A stretch of 64,000 bases of DNA from an uncultured Pseudomonadota bacterium (GTDB lineage Bacteria > Pseudomonadota > Alphaproteobacteria > Rs-D84). Under the pieces are notes generated by a model. That model had not been told where the DNA came from. It saw only the letters and a list, made by a program, of their open reading frames with translations, and did not search any database. This document shows positions 51,470 to 61,488 of this stretch, piece after piece (positions within the stretch are counted from its first letter, which is position 1; each line of letters starts with the position of its first letter). A program made the position numbers and the translations under genes. Location of the stretch: positions 3,020 through 67,019 of the forward strand of contig CADBVV010000001.1 in assembly GCA_902798205.1 (NCBI GenBank), given 5' to 3'.

Positions 51470-52407
51470 TTCAAAACTCCTTCACATTGTGCTGCTACAT
51501 TGGCCACACGTTTAATCGCTGCAATTTGTGTTGCACTGAAAACTGTAGAAGTCGCAGATGCAACAGTTGTGGTCCCTGCCATAACATTAGCCGCAGTATT
51601 CAAATTCTTTTCTTTTTTATTACCCGCATCACTGTTATCTTGGCGGACTTTATCTGAATTTGCGACCGCACTGACTATTGTTCCTGTAAAACCTGTTGTT
51701 GCACCAATTGCCGAAGAAATTTCTGCACCTTTGGCACGTTTAGAAATAGATTTTGCATCCACTGTTTTATATTCACGACATGCAGATATTATTTCGTTCG
51801 CTTCACTTACATCTTCGCCATTCATTTTTGCCTGTAATACAGAATCATTCAAATTGTTCACCGCATCCAAACAAACATTTATCATATCTTGTATATCATC
51901 ACTGGCACCACTTTTGGCCGCCAAAACAGCCCCTGCTACATTTGTAGCAGTTGAACCAGCCAATAAGCCAGTACGCCAATTACCCAAATTTTTAGATTTT
52001 TTATTTAATTTATCTAATTCAGATTGATATTTATCAACATCTTTCACTGCTGCTTCGTAAGATAAATTAAATTCTTTTTCAAACTGTGCTATTTCCATAT
52101 CCGATAATGTGTCATAATCAACATCTTTTGTTTGTTCACGTAATTCTTCCAGTAAACGTTCATAAGATTCTGCTTCTTTATCCGTTGCATATTTTACAAT
52201 ACCTGTCGCAGTAGCGCCAATACCAAGCCCAGTTCCAACAGCGGACACAGCGGTATTTATACCAGCCAATGTTTTATAAGTTGCCAATTTGTCATCGATA
52301 CCAACACATGCGGTATATGTCGCACGCAATGCATCATCCAAAGGCAATACCTGTGAATATGCATTACACGATACAAGCATCACAAATACAAACCAAAATT
52401 TTTTCAT
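51466..52407 (-). CDS. Exported helical protein with Gly/Ala/Thr-rich hydrophobic helices
   Basis: Signal peptide; ATGA overlap with the downstream gene; four small-residue helices. Confidence 0.75.
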   Translation of the reverse strand: MKKFWFVFVMLVSCNAYSQVLPLDDALRATYTACVGIDDKLATYKTLAGINTAVSAVGTGLGIGATATGIVKYATDKEAESYERLLEELREQTKDVDYDTLSDMEIAQFEKEFNLSYEAAVKDVDKYQSELDKLNKKSKNLGNWRTGLLAGSTATNVAGAVLAAKSGASDDIQDMINVCLDAVNNLNDSVLQAKMNGEDVSEANEIISACREYKTVDAKSISKRAKGAEISSAIGATTGFTGTIVSAVANSDKVRQDNSDAGNKKEKNLNTAANVMAGTTTVASATSTVFSATQIAAIKRVANVAAQCEGVLK

Positions 52408-52528
52408 GAATATCCCCTACACTAATATCATGTGAATTATACCATATTTTAGATAACAAAAAAAACAAAAAAACACCCTATTTTAAGGGTGTTTTTCTTT
52501 CTCCTCTTCTGTTCAGCGAACAAAACTT

Positions 52529-53809
52529 TTATTTACAAATTTTTACCATATCTTCAATTTCTGCATTTAACATCAAATCAGACATTTTTTGTTTTTCAAT
52601 TTGGGACAATGCATAAACAACCGTTGCATGATCACGACCACCACATACATTGCCAATTTCGGTCAAAGATAAATTTGTAGATGATTTTAATGCGGCCATC
52701 ATAACCTGGCGGGCACGAACAACACGACGGGCACGTGAATTACCAGAAATTTCTTCAAACGATACACCCATTTTTTCACACATTGATTTTACCATCATTA
52801 ATGGGGTTTTAGATTTATTCAAAACATCAGCCAACAAACGTGATGCAACATCCATATTAACCTTTTCACCCATCAATTCTGTATATGTTTTGATTTTGTT
52901 TATAATACCATTTACCAAATGACCATCGCCATTGATTTGTTTTGCCAATTCATCAGCAACCGCCATATCAACACCACCGCGAATCAACATTAAACGGCGA
53001 ACATACGCATTTGGAGCAACAACATCGACAGCCAACCCAGATGCAAATAATGATTGAATACGTCTGTCAAATCCATTCAATGCATTTGGTGCACAATTGG
53101 CAGTCAACACAATGTTTTTACCAGCGGCACGCAAATCCATTACCAATTGTAAAAATTCTTCTGTTGTTGCATGTTTACCAACCAACGCACAAACATCATC
53201 TAATATGAACATATCGCAGTTACGGCACATATCTTTGAAAGAAAATATCGTTCTGTCGCGTAATGCGCGTGTAAAGTCCGCAACAAATTGACCACCAGAC
53301 ATTCTTACAACATTTTTTTCTGTAGCATTACAAATACAATCTAACAACATTGATTTGCCACACCCAGATGGGCCATAAATAAACAATTGTGAAAACGATG
53401 TGTCAGATAAAGCAATCTTTTTACATGCCGCAACTGCAAACATATTTTCATCACTGCAAACAAAAGTATCAAAACCATTTTTGTTTTTTACAGATTGTTT
53501 TTGTGTTTTAACAAATTCACAAACAACATTATCATTTGCAGATTGAACAACATTATTAATTGGGCGAACACAGATATTTAAATCTAAAGAAAAATCCGCC
53601 GCTATATTTTTCAGGGTGTTTCCGTATTCCCTTGCGATATAGTCGGCGGTAAATTGGTTTTGTGCGACAAGATCCAAACGATTTTCATACAAATTTGCCT
53701 GCAACGGTGCGATCCATGCTGTAAATCCGGCGGGATCTATTTTGGACGCGAAAGCCCCCATAACAGATTCAACATTCACAGTCTTGTTTATCGCTATTGC
53801 CTGTATCAC
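52529..53809 (-). CDS. dnaA: Chromosomal replication initiator DnaA (divergent)
   Basis: WIAPL, F.TFV....N, GPSGCGKS, ILDDV, GGRDHATV; GTG start after AAGGAG. Confidence 0.88.
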   Translation of the reverse strand: MIQAIAINKTVNVESVMGAFASKIDPAGFTAWIAPLQANLYENRLDLVAQNQFTADYIAREYGNTLKNIAADFSLDLNICVRPINNVVQSANDNVVCEFVKTQKQSVKNKNGFDTFVCSDENMFAVAACKKIALSDTSFSQLFIYGPSGCGKSMLLDCICNATEKNVVRMSGGQFVADFTRALRDRTIFSFKDMCRNCDMFILDDVCALVGKHATTEEFLQLVMDLRAAGKNIVLTANCAPNALNGFDRRIQSLFASGLAVDVVAPNAYVRRLMLIRGGVDMAVADELAKQINGDGHLVNGIINKIKTYTELMGEKVNMDVASRLLADVLNKSKTPLMMVKSMCEKMGVSFEEISGNSRARRVVRARQVMMAALKSSTNLSLTEIGNVCGGRDHATVVYALSQIEKQKMSDLMLNAEIEDMVKICK

Positions 53810-54085
53810 CTTTCGCTCCTTTTTCCTTCCAATAAAAAAGAGACACAACATTAATGGTTATAAAAACCACCGTCACATAAAGACATCTTTATGCCGCCAT
53901 TCTCTTTTTTCTCTCGCTTTGTTGATTGATAAAAATCAATCGTTTGGATGCACAACAATGTATAAAATTTATTTATGTTTGCAACCAAATGTTGATTTAT
54001 TTTTAAACATTTATTTTTTGACAACGATTCGTTTTTTTTTCAGATTTTCGCACTTTGTATATACATTGTATATACATTTTAAAAA

Positions 54086-55096
54086 TCAATTTAAAACATA
54101 ACCACCGTCTTGTTTTCTTATTAAACCTTGTAATTCCAACACTACTAAATCAGCTTTAATTTCCGAAACTGTTTTTTTGACAAGATTTGCCAATACAGAT
54201 TCTGACACTGGAATCATTCCTAACTTGTCTAAAATTTCATTTTTTTGATCTGTATTTTTTGTATTTTTTTCTTCTTTTTTATTCCCAAAGAAATCGTTCA
54301 CCCCACTACATAATATTGCATTACCATTTTTTATCAAAGAATTTGGTCCTTCACTTCGTGCATCACTGGGGTGTCCGGGCACCGCAAATATGCGTTTTTT
54401 ATAATCAATTGCGAATCGTGCTGTTGTCATACTGCCAGATTTTGCATCCGCTTCACCTATAATTAATGTATCAGATATGGCCGCAACCCAGCGATTTCTT
54501 TGAACAAAATTTTGTGCGTTTGGCATCATACCAACAGGCATTTCACTTATTATTGCCCCACGTTCCAATATTTCATAATAAAGCGATTCGTTTTCCAATG
54601 GCCATATATAATCTACACCACCAGCCAACACAGCTATTGTTTGCGCATTTCCGTTTGCGCGTAACGCCCCAATATGTGCAGCGGTATCTGTCCCCATTGC
54701 CATACCAGAAGTAACAACAAAATTATGACTTGCAAATTCTGTTGCTATATCAGATATAAAATTCATACCAGCCACTGTTGAATGACGTGTCCCAACAATA
54801 GAAACACTTGGTTTTGACAATGTTTCAACGTTTCCACGAACACTTATAACTATCGGATGGTTTTTGACACTTGATAAACCAATTGGATAACGTGTATCTG
54901 TATCACATATATATTCTATATCCATATTATACGCATTATCCATTTCACGTTTAACACTGTCGATAAAATCGTCTGTTAAATTTAAATGTTCAAGGATGTT
55001 TTCATCTGTTTTATATTCATTTAATAAACTTCTGTATTTAACAGGTCCGATACCCGGTGTTCTTAATATCAAAAGTTTGTTTAATATGTCTTTCAT
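54086..55096 (-). CDS. dprA: DNA-processing protein DprA
   Basis: IVGTR, SGMAMGTD..AH, F..RNR, SGSM.TA, AVPG.P. Confidence 0.95.
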   Translation of the reverse strand: MKDILNKLLILRTPGIGPVKYRSLLNEYKTDENILEHLNLTDDFIDSVKREMDNAYNMDIEYICDTDTRYPIGLSSVKNHPIVISVRGNVETLSKPSVSIVGTRHSTVAGMNFISDIATEFASHNFVVTSGMAMGTDTAAHIGALRANGNAQTIAVLAGGVDYIWPLENESLYYEILERGAIISEMPVGMMPNAQNFVQRNRWVAAISDTLIIGEADAKSGSMTTARFAIDYKKRIFAVPGHPSDARSEGPNSLIKNGNAILCSGVNDFFGNKKEEKNTKNTDQKNEILDKLGMIPVSESVLANLVKKTVSEIKADLVVLELQGLIRKQDGGYVLN

Positions 55097-55100
55097 AACA

Positions 55101-55134
55101 AAAAAGATTGTAGAACAAATCTACAATCTTTTTT
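55101..55134 (-). terminator. Hairpin/terminator between the secreted gene and dprA
   Basis: AAAAAAGATTGTAGA/TCTACAATCTTTTTT. Confidence 0.6.
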
Positions 55135-55154
55135 AAGTAAAAAATTGCTAAATA

Positions 55155-55712
55155 TTAATTTTCTTCAATCCATATATAAACATAATCAGATGGCAACGAT
55201 GCGCTATGAACAGGTCTAGACCCAATCTTCACAGCATCAATCCTTGGATCATCCACATCTTCCATTACATTTTGAACAGCTGTTACAAATTCATTATTGT
55301 TATAAACTTCGTTTACATCATAATAATTATTTTCAATATTGTGTGTTACAGCATCAATTATAGCTGCTACATCTACATTTGCAGGCATTTGAGCTGGTCC
55401 AGAAGAACCACCAGTCTGAGGTGCAGTAACCGTATTATAAGAATATGCAGGTTGTATCACAGGAAATCTAGATGCAGAACTTACACTACCAACAGACGTT
55501 AAAGCACTCGCTTTTGGTTTGGAATGTAAAGAACCAATTCTTGCATTAGATACCGTACCTGTGCTTTCACCAGAAGCTTTTATTGGTGTAACCCTTGCAC
55601 CAGAATTTATTGCCGCCGATAAAGCCGGTTGATTCCCCAACATTCTTACAGAGGGCGCCCCAAAAGAAACTACTGGTGCAAAAATCAATAACAATATCAA
55701 ATACTTCTTCAT
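55155..55712 (-). CDS. Exported hypothetical protein
   Basis: Signal peptide, Ser/Ala-rich N-terminal half. Confidence 0.7.
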   Translation of the reverse strand: MKKYLILLLIFAPVVSFGAPSVRMLGNQPALSAAINSGARVTPIKASGESTGTVSNARIGSLHSKPKASALTSVGSVSSASRFPVIQPAYSYNTVTAPQTGGSSGPAQMPANVDVAAIIDAVTHNIENNYYDVNEVYNNNEFVTAVQNVMEDVDDPRIDAVKIGSRPVHSASLPSDYVYIWIEEN

Positions 55713-55738
55713 GTTTACAACCTTTAGCTATTGTATAT

Positions 55739-56527
55739 TTACAGACATTCTTTCATTAAATCTGCATATTTATCGTAATCTTTGACAGTTTGTCCTGCTT
55801 GTTTTGCCTCTTGCATAACTTTCAAAGCATTACAAACTGTATTGTATTGTGGATTGTTGTTGTTTTTATAAGTCAACAACAAAGACCTATACAATTCAGA
55901 TTCTGACATTTTTGTGCTTTTTTGTCCCTGAACTTTACCATCAATTAATTTATTACCAAATAATTCCATGGCACCTACACCAAGTCCTACACCACCGACA
56001 GTACTTGCCACGATACCACCAATACGGGCACCTTTTCTTGCGTCCAAAATACGTTTTTCCATTTCTTTTTGGTTGGCCCACGAACCACATTCAATATCTT
56101 CTCCCCACATAAAGTATTTTGGTGCAATATCGGCAACAGAAATTCTGGATTCATCATCAGATTTTAATTCCACACGAACAAAACAAACATTGTTTTGTGG
56201 ATTTGCTGTATCTTCAACCATACTTGCATAATTGGAAGTATTACTGTATCTGGATGCCCAAACGAAAGTATTTCCAATACCAATATTATTATTTATACAA
56301 GCATTACGTTCAGCTTCGCGCATATCGATTTCTGGTTTTTCTTCAACAACAGGTGTTGCGGATGTAACAGCGTTATTTACAACACTCACACCATTTAACT
56401 GATTGACCGATGCAGTATAACGTGGCGCAGCCATTATTTTATTAGACATGGCTGGACGACCAGTATTTGCCGCAAAAGCCCCCATTGAAACCACAGATAA
56501 AACAACCAACGAAATGAAGCGTTTCAT
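55739..56527 (-). CDS. Exported hypothetical protein with glycine-zipper helix
   Basis: Signal peptide (GAFA); IGGIVASTVGGVGLGVGAMELFG. Confidence 0.75.
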   Translation of the reverse strand: MKRFISLVVLSVVSMGAFAANTGRPAMSNKIMAAPRYTASVNQLNGVSVVNNAVTSATPVVEEKPEIDMREAERNACINNNIGIGNTFVWASRYSNTSNYASMVEDTANPQNNVCFVRVELKSDDESRISVADIAPKYFMWGEDIECGSWANQKEMEKRILDARKGARIGGIVASTVGGVGLGVGAMELFGNKLIDGKVQGQKSTKMSESELYRSLLLTYKNNNNPQYNTVCNALKVMQEAKQAGQTVKDYDKYADLMKECL

Positions 56528-56596
56528 AACATATTCCCTCTTTTATGCTTTTAATTATACCACAAAAACGACAAAAAAACAAATATAATATCTATA

Positions 56597-57184
56597 TTAT
56601 TTTTTCCATTTCCATTCTATTTTTGATTCTTGACCTTTGACAAGGCGCAAAATATTTTCACGATGTCTGATAAAACATAATATTGCTATGGCTAAGAACG
56701 CATACCCAATACCTGTCCCCATAACAAAGCCGAACACAGGCATCAAACAAAACACAACCGTTGCACCAGCCGAAGAAAAACCGGTTCCCAGTGCAACAAT
56801 TAACCATTCAATTCCCAAAACAATAAAAAGCACAGGATTAACCGCCAACAAAATTCCAAACAGTGCAGATATTCCCTTTCCACCATGAAATTTAAGCCAA
56901 ACAGGGAAACAATGTCCAACAATTGCAACAAAACCACACCATGCACCAAAAGCATCGCCGGCAACGTAACGCCCCAATAAAACGGCTATTATCGCCTTGG
57001 TCATATCCAAAATCCATGTTAACCCAGCAAGGCGCAATCCCCCAACACGCATAACATTAGTGGCCCCGATATTACCGGAACCAACCTTGCGTAAATCGCC
57101 CTTGTTAAACAGTTTTGCCACCAATAAACCAAATGGTACAGACCCTAATAAATAAGATAATATTAAAGAAAAAATGTATATCAT
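56597..57184 (-). CDS. plsY: Glycerol-3-phosphate acyltransferase PlsY
   Basis: YLLGSVPFG, GSGNIGATN, GH.FPVW..F.GGKG, RH..NI.RL. Confidence 0.96.
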   Translation of the reverse strand: MIYIFSLILSYLLGSVPFGLLVAKLFNKGDLRKVGSGNIGATNVMRVGGLRLAGLTWILDMTKAIIAVLLGRYVAGDAFGAWCGFVAIVGHCFPVWLKFHGGKGISALFGILLAVNPVLFIVLGIEWLIVALGTGFSSAGATVVFCLMPVFGFVMGTGIGYAFLAIAILCFIRHRENILRLVKGQESKIEWKWKK

Positions 57185-57258
57185 TGTTATTTTCCCTTGA
57201 TTTTGTGTTTGTTTTCTATAAAATAACAGAAAACCATATAAAATAAAAGGAAAATAAA

Positions 57259-57519
57259 GTGGCAAACCATAAATCATGTAAAAAAAGAATTTTAGTGACA
57301 GCTAAAAAGAATGAAATTAACACCGCTCGTCGCAGTGCTGTTAAAACAGAAACAAAAAAAGCATTGAAAGCAATCGAATCTGGCGATAAAGCAGCAGCAG
57401 TTGCAGCTGTTCGCAGTGCAGAAAGCAAAATCATGAAAGCAGCTGGCAAAACAATGCCAAAGAAAACTGCTTCTCGCAAGGTTGCACGTTTGGCAAAAAA
57501 AGTTGCTAAAATTGCTTAA
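57259..57519 (+). CDS. rpsT: 30S ribosomal protein S20
   Basis: MANHKS.KKR, ASRKVARL; GTG start. Confidence 0.93.
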   Translation: MANHKSCKKRILVTAKKNEINTARRSAVKTETKKALKAIESGDKAAAVAAVRSAESKIMKAAGKTMPKKTASRKVARLAKKVAKIA

Positions 57520-57531
57520 TAAAAAATTCTT

Positions 57532-57559
57532 AAAAAACAACCGCCCAATTGGGCGGTGT
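57532..57559. repeat. 28-bp direct repeat / terminator hairpin, copy 1
   Basis: AAAAAACAACCGCCCAATTGGGCGGTGT, identical to 58151-58178. Confidence 0.9.
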
Positions 57560-57561
57560 TT

Positions 57562-58104
57562 TTATTTATTCTTGAATTTTACAAAACAATTAGTATCACG
57601 AAAACGATTTTCATATTTTAAAAATCTGTCTTGTTTTAAAATCGCTTCTAATTTATAACCTGATTTTTTTGCAACATTTACAGAATTTTTATTCAAAACA
57701 TCAGTATGTATAATTATTTTATTAAATCCGTTTTTAAATAATTCTTGTTCCAGAACATGAACAGATTCCGTTATATAACCATTACCACGATAATCTTTTG
57801 CCAACCAATATCCCAATTCAACTTTTTTGTTTGTTTTATCGACTGTTACAGCACCACACATACCAATAATTTCATCATTCAAAACAACAGCATATTCATA
57901 AGCTTTGTCTTTTTGCCAATTTTTATCCGATTGAACCACAAAGTTATATGTATCTTTAACAGATTTAGTGTCATTTAACCATTGCATCCATGGTAATAAA
58001 TATTTTTTATTTTTAACCAATACACTATACATCAAACTTGCATTGTGCATTGACGGCGCAAGATGCATCAATAATAAACGTTTACCTTTTAATACATATT
58101 TCAT
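57562..58104 (-). CDS. RimJ/RimL-family GNAT acetyltransferase
   Basis: L.PWM.W, ELGYWL...RGNG, N..S..VAKK.GY.LE. Confidence 0.88.
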   Translation of the reverse strand: MKYVLKGKRLLLMHLAPSMHNASLMYSVLVKNKKYLLPWMQWLNDTKSVKDTYNFVVQSDKNWQKDKAYEYAVVLNDEIIGMCGAVTVDKTNKKVELGYWLAKDYRGNGYITESVHVLEQELFKNGFNKIIIHTDVLNKNSVNVAKKSGYKLEAILKQDRFLKYENRFRDTNCFVKFKNK

Positions 58105-58150
58105 ACACAAACCCTTTTGATAAATTTTATCACATTTTATATATATATGC

Positions 58151-58178
58151 AAAAAACAACCGCCCAATTGGGCGGTGT
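58151..58178. repeat. 28-bp direct repeat / terminator hairpin, copy 2
   Basis: Identical to 57532-57559. Confidence 0.9.
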
Positions 58179-58197
58179 GTCTTTATCTTATTATATA

Positions 58198-59796
58198 TTA
58201 ATTTAATGGGGCACCCCAATGTTGTTGGATACTGCGTTCTGCATCCATTGGGCTGACTAATACCTGTGGTGTCAAGATAACAACCAAAACTTCACGTGAT
58301 GCAGATGTTTCACGCGAACCGGACAACGCCATAAAGTCCGCATCGCCCAAACCGTATCTTGTGTCGTTGTTGCTCTGTTTTTCAAAGCCAGACACAACCA
58401 ACATTTGACCAGATTCCATGATAACTTCCTGCATAAATGAACGTTCTTCCACTTCTGGTAATTGCAATGTTACCGCACCAATCTTTTCCTGGGCCATCTT
58501 TAACAATTCGCGCACAGACATTTTGAACAACAACAATATCTTTCCATTATCCAAAACATTTGGTAACAATTGCATTGAAAAACCTGTTTCTAATTCGTCC
58601 TGGTCAACGGTACTTGATTCAACAGTTGTAAATGTACGTGATTCAAAACGTTTAATATAACCTGTTGTCTTGGTATTTGTCACAGGCGCAACACGATTAT
58701 TACGTGTTGTTACACCAACATTTGTTACCAAAGAAACCTTACCCTGTTTTGCCAAAGCTTCTATCAAAGCTTTTGAACCAGCCACACGCGCCATTGAACC
58801 ATTTTGTATTTGGTCGGTTGAATATGTATTTGCAATACCTGTTGCGGATTCTGCAACCGTATTTGACAATACAGCCACATTAATAGATGATGTTTCTGTC
58901 GATGCCAAATTATTCTTTGGGTTCGCAACAATATTCAAACCAGATGCAGAATTAATTGCCGCAGCCAAATTCAACCCGAACGCAGATTCATTAGACAAAG
59001 AAACTTGCAAAACCTTAACGTCTATTGTCACCAATTGTGATAAACGTTTATTTTGTTTTGCGATATATTCACCAACACGACTTAAAATCGAAGGTGCAGC
59101 TGTCACAGTAATTGTTCCCAAACTGCGTGATACTGTGAATTGCGCATTTTTAGAATTGTTAATAATAGAATTGATTGTCGCTTCGACTTCATCCCATTCT
59201 TTCAATGTTGATTCCAAAGATACCTGGTTGCCAGAATCTGTTTGGACCGATGATTGATAAGAAACATCTGTTCCCAGCGCATATAATGTATATGTACGTG
59301 TTTCTGTTTCATAGAAAACGATTGAATCTTTATCATAATACCAAAGCAAATCTAAATCTGTCGCAATTTGTGAAAGCAAACCAGACAATTTACCAGTATA
59401 TGCGACATCAACTGTCTTTTTTAATTTTTCGCCATCTACCTGACTGTCAATTTTCACAGGGATTCCTGTGACTGAATTAATATCATTTGCCAAGACCTGT
59501 AATGTCACAGGTTCATTTAATAAAAGGGTTATACCTGTATCTGTTTCAAATTTGGACGGCAAATTGTTTTTATGTTCTAACAGTGTAGATTTATTTCCCA
59601 ACCACACACCTTCGGACATGGAAACAGTATCACCGCCTGTAACTTTGGCACGTGGATTCTTTGCCATTTCAAATGCTTCATAAGCATTAACGAAATTTTG
59701 GTCCACAGTCGCAGAAACTTTGGCAGATTCTTTCAATGTACAACCTGTCAATGCCACCAACAAACCAATTAAACAGATATTTAAACGAATTTTCAT
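58198..59796 (-). CDS. Lipoprotein secretin, PilN/BfpB type (type IVb pilus)
   Basis: Lipobox LTGC; secretin C-domain (ALAKQGKVS, TGFSM.LLP, SGQ.LVVSGFE, VILTP). Confidence 0.88.
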   Translation of the reverse strand: MKIRLNICLIGLLVALTGCTLKESAKVSATVDQNFVNAYEAFEMAKNPRAKVTGGDTVSMSEGVWLGNKSTLLEHKNNLPSKFETDTGITLLLNEPVTLQVLANDINSVTGIPVKIDSQVDGEKLKKTVDVAYTGKLSGLLSQIATDLDLLWYYDKDSIVFYETETRTYTLYALGTDVSYQSSVQTDSGNQVSLESTLKEWDEVEATINSIINNSKNAQFTVSRSLGTITVTAAPSILSRVGEYIAKQNKRLSQLVTIDVKVLQVSLSNESAFGLNLAAAINSASGLNIVANPKNNLASTETSSINVAVLSNTVAESATGIANTYSTDQIQNGSMARVAGSKALIEALAKQGKVSLVTNVGVTTRNNRVAPVTNTKTTGYIKRFESRTFTTVESSTVDQDELETGFSMQLLPNVLDNGKILLLFKMSVRELLKMAQEKIGAVTLQLPEVEERSFMQEVIMESGQMLVVSGFEKQSNNDTRYGLGDADFMALSGSRETSASREVLVVILTPQVLVSPMDAERSIQQHWGAPLN

Positions 59797-59830
59797 ATTT
59801 GTCCCCCGTCCCCAATTTGTTCAGGTATAA

Positions 59831-60778
59831 TTATTCTTCTGTGGTTGAAATAACCAAAACACGATTTCCTTTGTAGAATTTTGCATATGGAATTGGTGTT
59901 GCACGTTCAAAGTTACGAACCAATGCAGATGCTACATCAACAAAACGGCCTTTGAATACAGCACTGGCTTCGATTGGATATTCGCGTGCTGTAGTCCAAA
60001 CCAAATCCCAACCTTCTTTGTCACACCAAGATTGCAAAACCTGACGCAATGTTTGACCATTTGTAACAACCCAAGAACGAACCTGATCTTGCACTGGTGC
60101 AGATGTTTCTTCGTCAACATATTCATTCACAGCAACTTCTTTATCTGAACCACTTGCTTTGTTGCATGTTTTTTCTGCTGCAAATCCAGCCCTTTGTGCA
60201 AACATAGCATAAGAATCAGCAGATTTATTGCAATTCTTGTGACTGCTGCGCGACATTGCCAAAACAGAACCACCATCATCTTCCATCATTTCGCGACGCA
60301 TCAATGGCATTTCTGCATTATTTGCACATTCATAATCAAATCCCGCAGGTATTTGTATTCCATTTGAAATATTTGGACCACCAGTCCAACCTGTACCATC
60401 TGTCACAATATTATTTTCAATAACCAAGCCAGATCCAACCTTGGAAACAATCTTGGCATCACTATTTCCACAGCCCGTTTCACCACAAGCAATTTCAACA
60501 TCCGCTTCTGATCCGGCCAAAGGCCACACAGGAACATCTTTCTGAACTTCTGAAACTTCTTCGATTTCGTCATATTCGTAAATGTTGTACACAGGTTCTT
60601 GATATTCTGGTTCTTGATACATCGGACCTTGATCAACAAACCGTTCTTCCGCAACATATTCTTCAACACCAGAATCAGAAAATACCTCTGATGTGGTAAT
60701 CTGTGGAATCTTGTCAGCCGCCCCGGCAACACCCACCAGACCGGCAAAAATAATAAACGCACAACATTTATGGAACAT
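59831..60778 (-). CDS. TcpQ/PilL-like exported protein
   Basis: C-terminal W....G.TLR..L..W....GW.LVW....YPI...F.G.F..A...FYKGNRVL; signal peptide. Confidence 0.75.
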   Translation of the reverse strand: MFHKCCAFIIFAGLVGVAGAADKIPQITTSEVFSDSGVEEYVAEERFVDQGPMYQEPEYQEPVYNIYEYDEIEEVSEVQKDVPVWPLAGSEADVEIACGETGCGNSDAKIVSKVGSGLVIENNIVTDGTGWTGGPNISNGIQIPAGFDYECANNAEMPLMRREMMEDDGGSVLAMSRSSHKNCNKSADSYAMFAQRAGFAAEKTCNKASGSDKEVAVNEYVDEETSAPVQDQVRSWVVTNGQTLRQVLQSWCDKEGWDLVWTTAREYPIEASAVFKGRFVDVASALVRNFERATPIPYAKFYKGNRVLVISTTEE

Positions 60779-60945
60779 TTTTTTCCTTTCCTTTTAATTA
60801 TTATGTATAATTATAACAATTTGACCGAATCTGTGCAAGACATAAAAACATAAAATTTAGAAAAAAATAATAAGCATAAAAAATCGCGCGAATCGGTAAA
60901 ACATGTTATACTTATGCAGTATAAAAACTAAATCAGAGGAAAAAT

Positions 60946-61488
60946 ATGACAAATACCGTTATGCTTGTTTTAATCGCAATTTGTACAATTACCAGTTTAA
61001 TCGCTGTTTTTTATGCATTTTTAGTTAATAAAAACATAAACAATGTAAACAAAACTTTGACATATCAATATAATTTATTGGTAAAAATTCAAAATGTCCT
61101 TAAAAACAGATTTTCTGTAAATGAAACCACTGACAAAGCAGAAATAATATATCAAGATTTGTTACAAGATTTGATTCCAATTATGGCAACAATGGATATA
61201 ATGCCACGAACAACTTCCGAACATCCACTTTGGCGTGCACTTGGCGGAATAATGGACGAATATGCAAAAAATCCATTTGTCCTTGAAAAATTGCGTCGTG
61301 CAATCAAACTTGATCCAAATATTGCACACAATGTCACACACTATCTTAATCGCGCAAATTCATTTTTACAGTACATGTCTACAACAGATACAGATGGTAT
61401 ACTGTCTGCAACTTTCACCGATGGACTTTTGGGAAAATCGCTGACATTCTTTGCACAAGCCCAAACATTAGCCAGCACAGATAAATGA
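60946..61488 (+). CDS. Hypothetical protein with a single N-terminal TM
   Basis: GAGG RBS; ATGA overlap with sufB. Confidence 0.7.
   Translation: MTNTVMLVLIAICTITSLIAVFYAFLVNKNINNVNKTLTYQYNLLVKIQNVLKNRFSVNETTDKAEIIYQDLLQDLIPIMATMDIMPRTTSEHPLWRALGGIMDEYAKNPFVLEKLRRAIKLDPNIAHNVTHYLNRANSFLQYMSTTDTDGILSATFTDGLLGKSLTFFAQAQTLASTDK

Noticed and set aside
53810-54085. oriC
   Set aside because: AT-rich, but no convincing DnaA-box cluster by eye.
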